From: Monocercomonoides exilis PA203
Taxonomy: Eukaryota; Protista; Preaxostyla
Direction: 5' to 3'
Assembly: GCA_001643675.2 (NCBI GenBank)
Contig: LSRY02000014.1
Span: 1,488,001-1,552,000, forward strand
DNA length: 64,000 nt
Positions 37,256 to 51,000 of the stretch are shown piece by piece. Under the pieces are notes generated by a model. It was given only the letters and a program-made list of their open reading frames with translations, was not told where the DNA came from and searched no databases. Position 1 is the stretch's first letter. Each line of letters begins with the position of its first letter. The translations under genes were made by a program, and so were the position numbers.

Positions 37256-38093
37256 CCAGAGAAGAAAAAATGAGATAGATAATACACTGATCTGAATAAT
37301 ATTCAAAGACAGTTGAAACAACAACAAAGTCTTCACTCTTCTGAGACAGTTTTCACATGAAAATATTCAAATTCATTCAAGAAAAAATAATTCTATTTTG
37401 TTAAAAAACATTTTGAAAGAAATATAATAAGGTTTTTGGTTTTCTTATTTTTGAAATTTCAAGACTCAAAACATATCGAATTTATCTTTGTTATAATTTT
37501 TTCTTGGCTCAGAAATCAGGATGAATAAGAGAGTGGTTTCTTTTCGTTTGATGAGTCAATAGAAAAATATTGAACAAAAAAGTTCTGCAATTATATAATA
37601 CCAAATTATCATATTTGCAAGTTTTCCAAAAGAATAACATATAAATCAGTTATTTGATATTTAATAGACAGATGTACAAAAACATTCTCGTGATTATTTT
37701 AGGAATCAAAATCTCAAAGTCCATTATTGCTTTTAAACTATTTCATTTGGAATATTTATTTTTGAATACAGATAAGTGACACTTCCAATTGAAAATAACC
37801 AAGCTTTTCATAAACAACAATCACTGGCTTTTGAGACATTTGAAATTTTTATTTCCATTTAAAACGTAAATAAAAATTTCAATGACAACAAATATTCTTT
37901 TAAACCGATACGCCGAAAAAAGTCATGACTATATGAAAAGTTTCCCATTTTTTCAGTGGATTGATAAGAAATTCAATAGTTTCGGAATGATAGGATAAAT
38001 GGATAAAAAATTTGGATAAAATATTGAAATGTGAAATAAGAAAAGAAAGTGAAGATAAAAAAACGCAAAAAGAGTTCTATGATCAGAGTATTT

Positions 38094-40246
38094 GGCAAGA
38101 TGCTTCTTTAGGGGAACCTATTTATTTTTTCATTTATTTTGTTTTGAAATATTTAACTTTGATATTATCAAAACACCTGAAATAAAGTTTACAAAAATGT
38201 TAATGATCATGTTATTGTTTTTAATGAATTTTTGAATATGAAATGAACCATTAAATGGAAAAGTGATCAAAAAAAGTCAATTTCGGAAATTTCACTGAAT
38301 AATCTTCTTTCCATTCTGAAGCCGATCCACCATCCCTTACTTCATATTGAGATGTTTCTGAAGAAGACGAAGTTGAATCATCGTCAACATTAATATTCGG
38401 CAAAATATCATCTATATCTGAAATATCATCTTCGCTTTTTTCATATTTTCTTTTTTTCTCTTTTTTCTTTTCATTTATCAATATATTTTCTCCGATTTCC
38501 ATTTCCGTTTCATCTGTTTCATCAGTATCATCATCATCATGCATAATTTTCAATTTCATTTCATTTCTGCTTTTTTTTTTCAAAATTTCATCAGATCGAG
38601 TCATATCCAATACGAACTGTTCAAAATAATAATTCTTTCTTTTTGAAATCAAAAAAAGAGATATATAATCTGGAAAAAATTTTATTTTGACCCCATGAGA
38701 AGGAAAAAACGAACTCAAATGGCTCCAAAAACCTTCAATTTTGTTTGTACAAGCTTTGGAATCTGGATCGACACAGTTTCGTTAGTGACAAACAGTTTTG
38801 TGAATGAAACTGATTTCTTCAAGGAAATTGCACGCCTTCCACTCATCGCTATGTATTTCTGTTACTTTTTTTATAGATTTTTCAATAATTGGAATCAATG
38901 TTCTTTTGCTTCTATTTGGAACAATTTGAATTAGTTTTTTTGCTTCCTCTTTATCGCTTCTTTTCTCAATAGCTCCAAAAATCCATATTTGTTTCTTCCT
39001 CTTCCCTCTTTTGTACTTCATCCTCCTTCATATTGCCTCATCAATTTGAACAATAACTCCTTCACCACCTAGTGAAATATTTCGTTTGTTGATTAGTTCT
39101 GTTGCAACGTTCTCATAACACTCCCCCAATATCCTATTGAAGATTTCGTAACATCTGTGATCAGTCTGATTTTTGTAACTGATAAACCAATCCATAACAT
39201 CAAAATAATGAGAAGAATTTGGTTCAATTTCAGATGAGATCCGAAAATAACTGTGTTCTTGGATGCTGAACGTTTGATTGAGCACTTTTTGCATTTGAAA
39301 AATTTGACATATGTTGATTTTTTTAAAAAGATCATTTTTCGAGCGCATTTTGGACAAGTAGCATTTTGATTATTCATCACTTTCTCGTAGAACCATTTCT
39401 AGGTTGAATGAAAGTCTCAAAATATTCGAAACATTGATGAAATAGATTCCTTTTTGCGTTTATCTAGTTCGATCAAGAAAAATGATGGATCACTATTGCA
39501 TTATTAATTCATTTTTCCTAAATTTTTTGTGATATTTAAAACGCTTTTTTTTATATGGGACAAAATATTTGACTTCAAACATTTTCATTGAAAAATTATG
39601 CATATGTGTGATTATTTTTTTCATCAAATTTTTTCTCACAAAAATTTCGGTCCGAAGATTTCACTTGAATATCAAAAAATGAACTTTGAAAAGTTAAAAT
39701 GCTAATTGAATTCATTTGTATCTATGATTCCGAAAAAAATATTTTTTCTCAAAAACAAGGAACATGCTTTTTCTTTTTTGAATTCGGAATTTCTTTCAAA
39801 AAACCAACAATCTTTTAAATAACAACTCACCGAAAAAAGTCATGGGTTCAAGAATAATCACCAATAATAGGGACATAATTTTTGACTTCAGGCACTTTCA
39901 TTTAAAAATTATGCCTCTTCGATGAACTTTTTGTGATCAAAAAATTTGAAGTGAATGGGTTTATTTTTTGAAATACATGTTATTTCACACAACATGATGT
40001 TATTATATCAACGATACCTGTTTACGGATATGAAAATCAAATTTGTTTTGAAATCTGAGCAAGCAAAATAAAGTTATAAGTGAAACAATTATTTTCATGC
40101 TTTGTGCATAAAAAGCTTGAAAGTCCGTATTTTCCTCCATATTATTATGAATACGAATTTGGACATAAAACGAATGAAAAAGACTGGAATCTCAATAAAG
40201 CGTTATTAATAACGATATTTGGGTACCCTTAAAGTAGCCCTTTGCA
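38094..40246 (-). mobile_element. Decayed Merlin (IS1595/ISXO2-like) DNA transposon
   Basis: Degenerate TIRs GGCAAGATGCTTCTTTAGGGGAACCTA versus reverse complement of 40220-40246 (19/27 identical). Direct repeat GAGTATTT on both flanks (38086-38093, 40247-40254). Contains transposase remnants. Confidence 0.75.
38251..39400 (-). pseudogene. Merlin/ISXO2-type DDE transposase pseudogene
   Basis: Zn ribbon CPKC...CKKC, GGEGVIVQIDEA, RGKRKKQIWIFGAIE, VPNRSKRTLIPII, IHSDEW, HKTVCH, TNKIEGFWSHL. Interrupted by stops and frameshifts. Acidic tail. Confidence 0.9.
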
Positions 40247-40433
40247 GAGTATTTTGATTTAGCATTGATTTGTTAATTCATTAATTATTTCTTTACTCAA
40301 TAAAATCACTCTTGATATTGATTAAAAAAATTATGTATCAACCCAATACAATATTTTATTTAATTTATATTTTAATTTATTTAATCACAATCAAAATAGT
40401 TTATAATAACATTTTGACTGTTTTCTTTTTCTT

Positions 40434-43400
40434 ATGGAAGGAAATGCTGCTGCAGATTTACAGAATTCATATGCAAAAATTTCAAGCAATTTTCGAAATT
40501 TTGCTGAGGAGATGCGGCAAAGAAGAACTGAACTTAAAGATAAAATAAAAAACAACAGAAAAAATCCGGAAATATTGAGGAAATATGTGTGATCATTCAG
40601 ATTGTAAATTATTTGTACATTATGCTTTTTAAGGAACGAAAACTTGTTTCCCACAAACAGTTTCTTCACAAACTCGAAAACCAAAAAGAAAGATCAAGGG
40701 AACTAGAAAATTCACTTTTCTTTCTCGATTACAAACAAGATTATTCATTTGACTCAACTGGACTCGAAAGAAATCTGTATGCTTCAAATTTTGTTCTTGA
40801 AAATGTTGTTCCACAAGAATAAATTTCACAATTTAGGCTTTCAGACGACTTATGCGATCAGATATTTGAACGAGGAAATTCTAATGAGTTTCCAATCGTT
40901 TCTAATGCAATTCAAAACGAATTTCTCCCAATTAATGATTCACAGAATTATTCTAATCGATCAATTCATGATCATATGAATGTATCAAATGGAAGTTCAA
41001 ACGTTCCAAACTCATCGTCAAATGATTCACCTCTTCATACATCCGAAAGTCGCGAGTTACAACAACAAAATTCACCAGGGCAAGAACAGCGTAGATGTTC
41101 ACAGCCAACCACTCCCCCGCCACCTCGTTCAAATAGATCAACTCCTCTTTCTGTATCTTCAATTCCCACAGAGCGCAGATCAATTTCTCCAGCAACTTCA
41201 TCACCTTCTCATACGCCAACACCACCACATCCGCCCAGACCTCCATTATCCCCAGCATTTTCAGGAGTATTTTCGTCTGTTGTTCTCACTTCAAATGGAA
41301 AAGCAGCAACTGGATCGCAAAAAAAAAGTGCTTTAGTTCCGCTGACCGCCCAACTGTTCACTTCATCCATTTCATCTTCTTCAAAACCTTCACATCCTGC
41401 TTCTCATACGCCTTCGCCTGTGCAGACACCTCTCTTGCCCCAAGCAATATCTCCTTCCAATGCAGAAAACACAACAACAATTTCAATGAATCATTCTTCT
41501 TCTCAATCTTCTTCTTCTTCTTCTTCTTTTCCTTCAACTTCTTCTTCGCGTGACTCGCCTGCTCAATCAACACGTTCTGCTGCTTCGCATTCACGTCACA
41601 ACTCTTCTTCGAACGTTTCTGAGCATTCTCAAGCACCATCCTCTCCATCTCGCAGATCTCCTTCATTTTCTCGAAACGCTTCTCCAAAAAGCATATCCAA
41701 ACATTTCAAGAACACATCTCATCCGCTTGACGAAGGAGTCATAAATGAAGCAGCTTCACCAACAAAATCAAAATCAAAGTCCAAAGCCAAATCAAAAAAT
41801 GAGCCGGATGCTGAACAACAGTCAGAATCTGGAAAAGAGTCAAAAAGACAAATACGACACTCACGCAGGCCTTCACAACACCGATCCCTTTCACCACCTC
41901 ACGTACACAAACACACCGAAAAGAGCTCTCCTTCAGAAAACACGCCACTTTCCTCGCCAGAAGCAACACCTAAAATGCATTCAAGAACTCATTCACAAAG
42001 CACTCCATCAGAACCACACACACAGAATGCACCGTCTGCTCACACACATCTCTACGTGCGGCTATATGCTCCTTCCTCTACGCTTTCGTCTGCTTCCACT
42101 TTCACTGACATCCCGCGCCAGTCGTTCTTCCACCCGCCTCCTGTCCCCGTCTCACCACAGGCTTCGAGGCGCCCGCAGTCTGTCTCTTTCATTCCTCTGC
42201 TTCCTTCTGACACGCGTTTGTCTGGCAAAGCTACCCCGCCATTTTCAGCTGTTTCTGTATCGGGCTCATATTCTGTGCCTTCGCCGCTGGCTTCTTCTTC
42301 TTCTTCTTCTTCTTCTTCGTCGTCGTCGTCATCATCATCATCGCCAAAGGGACAGCTGAAGCTCACAAACACTGTCAGCTCAGCTGCATCTTCTCCAAAA
42401 ACCTTCGTAGCAGCCTCGTCCCACTCCACAAAAATCATCCTTGGAGAAGGGACTTCACAGAACCAGTCCGAAAAAGATGCTACAAACACTCCACAGGCAA
42501 TCATCGTCCCTTTAAAGGCTGTTGAACTTGCATTGCCTCTCAACAATTTGCCTGCTGCTATCAGCGGATGCTCTGTAGAAGCTATTTCCTGCTTTCCTCC
42601 TTATGAAAGAAAACGCTTGGACAATTCTTGCTCTCTCTTCGCATTACTCCATCTGCCTTTCTCAGTGTTCTCATCTTCTTCATTTTCTGCATCTTTGCTT
42701 TCCGCATCAGCATCTGAACCTTCTGCTTCTGCTTCTGCTTCATCTTCTTCCATTTCCTCGTCCTCTTGTTGTTTTCCTTGCTGTTTGTCCAATTTGCATC
42801 TTCATCCGCTGTCCATTGCTCAATCTATTGTGAAAGGGTTGATGCATCTTTCAGAAGTGAACGACGCTCTTTTTTCCACTGCTGCCTCACAAGTCTCATC
42901 TCTCTCTGTTTTCTTATTACCAAGGCAAGATGATGGTTCACAATCTATTGCTCCAGACTTGCTAAAATCTCTTTCCTACTCATCCTCATCTTCTGCTTCT
43001 TCGTCATGTTCATCTTCCTCATCCTCCTCTTCATCTTCTGCATCTTTTTCAAAAAGTCAACTTTTATCATCAAATACTGCAACGGATACAATTATCCCAT
43101 TTGATCCTTCTATTAATTGTAGATGGGAAGTATTCATTACAACAGAAGAACTAACAACATCAGAAATACTGCGTTGGTCATCACCTAATGTGTTGATTGA
43201 ACAAAACCATATGAAAGGAAAAGAAAGCGATGCGACATATGGAGTCGGAATGCTGCTTTGGGAGATGATCACAGGGGTAATTCCATTCTATGGTCACACA
43301 GCTGTAGATGCAGCAGTTGCTGCGTTTAAAGGCGAAAGACCATCGATCGATGATGCTTTGTTCGAAGACAGAAGAAGCAACTTTCAGACAGCTTCAAAGG

Positions 43401-43588
43401 CAGCGAAGGAAGCACAAGGCGAAATGGGACAGAGGAAGAAGCTGCTGAGCTCTGTGAGGCAGATTGTTGAGCAATGTTGGTCGTGCGAGGTGCCTCTGCG
43501 TCCATCACTTTCTCTACTGCAAGACTTTTTGGAGGCGAAAATTAAAGTTGAAGATGAAGATGAGTTATTGATAGATGCAGTGATTTGA
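40434..43588 (+). CDS. Soluble Ser/Pro-rich protein with degenerate kinase-like C-terminal domain, ~1015 aa
   Basis: join(40434-40586, 40634-40776, 40837-43588) with in-phase GT-AG introns. C-terminal SLFALLH, LRWSSPNVL, YGVGMLLWEMITGVIPF, GERP, CW...RPS. No signal peptide or TM visible. Confidence 0.8.
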
Positions 43589-45047
43589 ATTATGTTTCTC
43601 GGCTGAAAAGAGTCTTTTCACTTTCATTGAGAAAATGGTCAAATATTGATAAAAAAATATCATTACTATCTGTTATTCATCAATTTTTAGTTGCTTCATT
43701 TTAAACAAATGTTCAAAGTATTTTTAAAAATTATTACGAAATTTAATTGAACGAAAGGCCCAACACATTCAACAGCACAGCAACTTGATCTGAAGACGGT
43801 GCAAGAAGTTGCGATCGATTATGTGCTGGTAATGCCAGAAAATAGAACACAAGGATAAAAGTATTCTACGCGCATCAATAAATCAATGAACGAGTTCGAA
43901 ATTAGAAATTAATTTAACAAAGGTGATTGAATTGATCTTGTTTAACAATTAGTAATTGCGAGTCTTTATGTGAATTTTATTTGCTGTTTCCTCCAAAAAG
44001 TACTGAACTTTTAAGGATCAATTTCGATACCACACAGAGAAATTGATCGTTAAAAACTATCGATCAACGAAAGTCACTTTTATAAGACTTGATAAACATT
44101 GCCAACAATTTGTTTTACAAAAATCTTCCTCAATCTTCTTTTTCTTGCGAATAATCAATTTTTTTGTGAAAAATTTAGAAAGGATAAATTGAACAATTTT
44201 ATTAACTGAATTATGCATTTTTCTTTTTCATTTTATTTATAAATAATTTCTTATAAATTCTTATCAACTTTGATAAAGAAAAGAAAATAATGGAGAAAAG
44301 TGTTAAACAATTATTTTCGTTCGTGGGATTTGCAGATGTAAAATAAAGAAAGCAACTTTCTTTTGTTGCAACCTCTCAAAACCTCGCTAAAAGAACTTTC
44401 ATCATTCAAACAAAAATTTTAGGTAAATTATATGCAAAATTATCCAATAAAAAAATTCATTTTTTTTCTTAATCGTTTTCTATTTTTATTCATTCACCGA
44501 ACATCAATCGTTCCAAATTTTCAAGAATTAAATTTCTATATCTCATTAACACTTTCGAAACAAATGTGAATAAATTCTTGCACTGGTGCAAATAAAAAAA
44601 TCATAAGCAATCATTTATTATCATTGCTCATTTTTCCCTCAATTGAATGAAAAAAACAAAAATAAAATTCATTTGTCACCTAATTTTTCTCTCCAAACAT
44701 TTGAATCAAATCCCGCTCTTTGAGAGAGAAGTGATATGAAAATGAATAAAGATACGATAAAAAATTTCAATTAAAAAATTATCAAAAACAGATTTTTCTC
44801 ATTAATCCACATTAATGAGCTTTACCAACAATTTCACTTTCGGGATTGTTGATTTGATAACCTTTCTGACATTTTTGTTTCCGATTTCCATTTTGAGCAT
44901 CTTTTGTCTTTTTCTCTCTCTTCATTTCTGCGATTCAAAACAGTTATTGCGAAAAGAGAATACGAAATGTCAATTAACAGACATGTCATTTGTTTGCAAT
45001 TGTGTGTTTGTAATTTCAAGTGAATTTTTATTTAATAAAGAGAAACA

Positions 45048-48000
45048 TCAAACTTCATTTGTTGCTGAAATGTTTGTTGACTCAACAATATCGCTCCCTT
45101 CATCTCCGCTCTCGTCTTCCACATCAATTGCATCTGAGACTGTCATGATCACCCCACCAGCTGGAAACTTCTGAATGAAAACCCTTTTCATCTCAACCAG
45201 TGAAGGGCGGTTGAATGGTTGAGGAGAAAACGCATGATGCACCATTTCCGTGAACGATGTTCCCATTTCCCTTTCCAAGTTTGGCCTCTCCCCTTTCGAT
45301 ATCTTATCTCCTGCCACCTCTGCCTCATACTCCCCAAACGGGATATCCAGTGTCAGGCACTCCCACACCATCATCCCAATCGAGAATGCCACCGACTCCT
45401 TTGTTGCTCCCATCTTCTTGTTCACCAGCAGCTCAGGCGCCTTCCACCTCAGACACTCCTTCCTGTTGTCTTCACAATCCTCAAACGCTGATGAAGGTGG
45501 TGGTGAGTCGGTGAATCTCTCGCTCATCACTGAAACATTCGATGAGGATGAAGAAACAATGGACATCGAAGATATGGATGATGAATCAGAATCATCTGAA
45601 GATGAGCAGTCGGAGTGGAGGGCAATGCAGATCACCATGTGCTCTGAGAACAGCACAATGTGAGGACTCAGGTTGGCCAGCGAAGGCAATTCTTTTTCTT
45701 CATCAAATGAGTGGAGTGCTCCATTCGCCACCCAGAAAAGAATCTGTGCAGCTGTCATCTCCCTCTCCTTCAAATTCCCAATCGCCATCTCTTTCTTCGC
45801 ATTCCTCCCATGAAGCAGCATGAACAGTGAATCCCTCAGATCCACAATCAGTTTCTCATGTGGAGATGAGCATGCCATGGCATCCACCAGATTCGACATC
45901 GATGAGGTGGTTGGGCACAAATCCTCTCCTCCAACAAATGTTGAATCTGAATCAGTCGTTGAAGTTGATGAAATGGAAGGTGAAGGTGTTCTCTTCCTTA
46001 TCTCTTCTTCTTTTTCATCCACCTTCTCTAATGCCCATTTAGGAATCTTGTCTGAATCTCTTCCCAGGATGTATTCGGTTGAACCATTTTCAGACAGAAG
46101 ATGTTCTGATGACTCCGAGTGTCCCAAACTTTTCTCATATACTCTCTTCTTAATCATTTCTTCATTCTTCTTTTCAGCTTCCCTCTCTGCCCTCCTCCAC
46201 TGCTCCTCAGGTGACATCTCCATCGTCACCATCTCAAATGCCTTCGGATCTTTTCTGATGTTGTCATTCACAATCTCTCTCAGATCTTCTGCTTCATTCT
46301 TCACTTTCTTCCATCGAACAATGAATATCACAAGTGAGATTAGAATTATCAACAATATCACAACAAGCGCAATCACGATCAACAACCAATAAGATTTTCC
46401 TTCTTTCCCTCCTTCGACAATTCTGTCATCTCCCTTTCCTTGGGTTTCACTTCTGTTCTTCAGGATGAAAGAATCAGTCGATGAAGGAGATTCTTTCTTT
46501 CCAAACAGAACACTCACACTCACTTCTGTCTCTGCTCCCACTGCTCCCATCTGAGCCGATGAAACAACTGCAACAATTTTGTTCTCTGACACACTTTCCT
46601 TTTCACCAATCCCATAGTTCTCGATCACCTCTTCCCTTCCATTCCTGAAGCTCAACTTCAACGAAACATTGCAGGGAAGAAGAAGTCTCCCTGTCAAAGT
46701 GATGATTGTCCTCCCATCAGATGCTGTCTCATTCCTCGCCTCTTCCACAACTGGGATGAATAGTGGTGATGCTCTCTCCTCCATCATCCCACTCAACTCA
46801 CATCCTTCATTCAATATCCAAAGTGATGAATCATCCTTCAATCCATCTCCTCCTTTCAGACTCATCACATTCAACACTCCTGAATCTGAACAGAGAATAT
46901 TTCTTCTGATTGATGGATATTTTTCAATAAATGGATTATTATTAATGAACTCTCCTTTCTCAATCTCCATACTTCCTCCATTCATTGTTATTCCACCTTC
47001 TGGTGAATTCGATAATGTTGAAACTTTCATAATTAAAGAACTCTTTTCAACATCAACAAGAGATCCATCCCATTTGCACATCTCTTCTTTTGCATTCAAA
47101 TTCTGTTCATTTCTTTCCTTTGTCATTCCATCAAAAATGCAACTGTCCATTTTCACATCCAAACAATCCTCCATTTTCATCAATTTCCCTTTTGCTTTGC
47201 TTGAACTGACTCCACCTATTGTGCAATTTGTCAATTGCACTGTCTTTTTCATTGACAAGCAAGATATCAATGATTCTTCATTTCCTTCAATTGTGATATT
47301 TTCTGTATTGATATTCTTTATTGTTAATTGTCCACATTCATTAATATCTAACAGATTTTTTGAAACTGTTGAATTGCAAATCATTAATGAATCGATGACT
47401 GATGGAAGTGGTGATGAAAGATGAAATGCAGATTCTTGAAGAATAAGATTTGATATTGCACATTCCATGAGTTGAAATTCTCCTTTTTCCATATTGAAAA
47501 TGTGAAATGGAATATTTGCAAATTCTGCATTAACACCTTCCACTGGTGGTTTTGAACTGAATGAGCAATTCACAATTTCAAGAATTCCTCCATCTTGTGA
47601 GATCAGCAATTCATGTGAAGAAATGAAATCTGAATCAAACACGAAATTCACTCTCAACATTGAGACTGTTCCTGCTGTTGTCACCAATGCCTCTCTTGTT
47701 TTTTCAATCTTTGTTTCCACTTCAACTTCACACATTTCTCTGCTCTTTGAACTCAAACTCATTTCTTTCAGATCAAATTCTCTTTCAATCACACTCTTTT
47801 CAACAACAAATATCAGACTCAGAATATCTGAGGTCAAATGTATCAGGCCATGATCAATTGAAGCACATGGAAGAGTTTTGGTTCCACACTGTTTATCATT
47901 CAATCCATTCACACTGTTCACAATGATTGTGTCACTTTGGTGAATTGTTACAAATCCAATCAGATCTGTATCGCTTTGGTAATCACTCTCATCTCTTCCA

Positions 48001-51000
48001 TATATCGCATTAATTCGTGAATAGCGACCTTCTCGGAGATCAAACTGAAATTGGCTTTCATTGATCTGCGATGTGATGTTATAACATTCGATGAAAATGT
48101 CATTCCCCACGCTTGCTGTATTTGCACTGAATTTCATTCCCATAAATGTGATATTCAATTCCCCTCTTTCTTTTGTTGCCAAATACACTCCTCCTCCTCT
48201 TCCCGTGCTGTTGCTGCAGCAACAATGACTGATTGTTGAGTCAATAATCTTCATTGATCCTGATGCACCCAATGTAAAGAATGTTGCCCCTCCTTTTTCA
48301 CTTGATTCTGCTTTATCTTCTGTGATGTTGCTCGAATTCACAATCAAACAAATCTTTTTGCCACTCTTCGACTCCAAAATGCTTGCTCCATTGTCGCTCC
48401 TCTTCACTCCTAAAAATGATGAATTATCAATGTTGAGATTCATTTTCTCGTCCACTTCATTTATCTTTGTTGTTGTTGTTGATTCTGGTCCTTTGATCAG
48501 AAGAAGACATCCTTCGGTTTCATTCAACGATTCCACTCGAACATTCATCAAATTGCAAGAAACTCCAGCATCGTGAATGACAAAAATGCTATTTCCAACA
48601 TTGCACGATTCCATCGACAAATCATTCACGTCCACACTGCCTCTAATTGCATCCACAAACACACAATCAAATCCATTGTTCGCTCCTGCTTCTGAATGGA
48701 ATGAACATCCAGATATTATCAAATCTCCAGCTCTGTTCGAAATGATTGTTTTGGCCGAGTTGTCAAATCCAGATGTCAGTTGGAGTTGGATATTTGTCAA
48801 TTCAAGGTGAATATCATTTTCCATGAAATATTCCAGTTGACTTTCAACTGCCTTTTCAAAATTCAATATTGCTTTTGTTTCTTCTTCTCCCATTGAAGAA
48901 GCCTTTCTGATTTGATAATCGGACATGTTGAATGAATCTTGAATTATTGTTGATCCTTCAATCTGAATTGTTTTCTTTCCATCTCCTTCTTTCATGTTTT
49001 CCATCCCTTTCCACATTGTTTGACATGGCTCCTTCTCACTTCCACATCTTGCAACATCAAATCCTTCTGATGAGATAAATATCTCAATTGAGCTGTATGG
49101 AATCAGAAACATGAACAAATTTTTGTTTGAATGAAAGTTATCACTTCCAACAAACAATTTGTTATTATTTATCATTGATGAATAATCGAAGTTGAATGAC
49201 TCATTTGTCACAGTTTTGTTCAGATTAGATGCTGAAATGAACATGTTCTTTCCATATTCTGCATCATTTCCATCAAATACAAGAGCATCAATCAATTCAA
49301 ACTTCACATCTACATCTGTCAGAGAAAGAAATATCCCTCCTCCTTTCCCTTCACTTCCACTCGTTGATGGGGCACAACATTTTTCAAATCTTGTTGATGA
49401 CAAATGCAGCTCAGAGGGATTCTCCAATGAAACTGACAGTCCTCCCCCTCCTTTTCCATTCTCACTCACATCGCATGAGATGAATGAACAGTTCTCAATT
49501 CTGATTGTGCATTTGCTCCCATCCACATTTGAATCCACATGAAGGCATCCTCCATCTCCTGCTCCTCTCGTGATGTTCTCAAATGAGGTGTTCTTCAATG
49601 TGATTGATGAGCACTTCTCAACCTGAATTGCTCCACAACTTGGCAAATCACAATTTGTAATCGAACAATTCTGAATTGAAGCTGAACTGGTTGTGGCAAT
49701 CTCAATCAGCCCATTCGCTCCATCTGTGCTTGTTTGATTCACAATAATCTCATCCATCAGGCATTCACAACTCCCATTCACAACAATCACACTTCCCACA
49801 AATCCCACTTTTCCCATGCTCCCTCCACACCTCGTCCCAACAATCTCAATTTTCCCTCCACTCGCACTCACAAACGCATAATTCACAGAATCAACGCCAC
49901 TTCTCATCTTCATCCCACAGTCAGCAATTCTCAATGTCCCTCCTGAAGAATGGACAAATGATGATCGATCCCCAATAGATCCTCCCAATTCAAATAATAT
50001 CCCTGTGATCGTTGATGAAACACTGTTTATCACCAATGCTTCTTGTGTTTTTGTTTCTGTTGCCTCCACTCTCAATCCAATTGCTTTGTCACTTGAATCG
50101 ATCTCATATGACTGTTCATCCAACTTCACTTCTTCATCAAATGAAAATGTGCTTGTCAGTCTGATGAATCTCTTTGAACTCGGAAACTGAACTTCTCCAA
50201 CATTCCCAATTCCTCTGCATGGGTAATCTTCATATCCACACAGCCTGAATTCACTTCCTTGTTCTCTCCCACTCACATATGCCGGTGATGAAAATGTTCG
50301 AAGAAACACAACAAGTGGAACAACCAGCTCTGGATTGTCTCTTTCTCTTCCACAAAGTTCATCAAAGTCTGCAATATTAATACCAATTTCTGGATCGAAT
50401 CCAATTGAAGTGTTGTTGACAACAGCTGACAAATCCTGTGCTTCCACAAACAGATTGTTCCCTCCCAATGTTGCAGCACAATCAATAAAGTTCACTGATG
50501 TTATCTCAAAATCAAATGAATTATCCTCCAGATACAGCATCATCCCTCCTCCATATCCACTGCACTTCGTTTTGTTGAATTTTGCTGTTCCTCCAATGCT
50601 CGATGTTGATGTTCCAACTCGAACTTTGCTTGTCGAAGATTCCAACTCAACCTTTATCCCTCCGCCATTCCCATTCACACACTCGCACCCTTCCATCGTT
50701 GCATTCCACACCACAAATGTCTCTCCTGCCTTCACCCTCTTTGCCAACACAACCCCGTCTCCTCCTGCCCGACTCACATTTCGAACTGTCAAATTCCCCA
50801 GAATGCTCTCTCCAGATGATGATCCTGCTGATGATGGTTCAGCAAAGAGTGGTTGATTCATTTTCATGTTTTTTATCTCAACATCACTCATCCTCAATTG
50901 CGACAGAGCCAACACAAACACCGATGCTGATATTCCACTCTCTCCATTAACGCTTGATGAGATCACCACATCCTCCAGAGAAAGAGTCCCACTCCCCACA

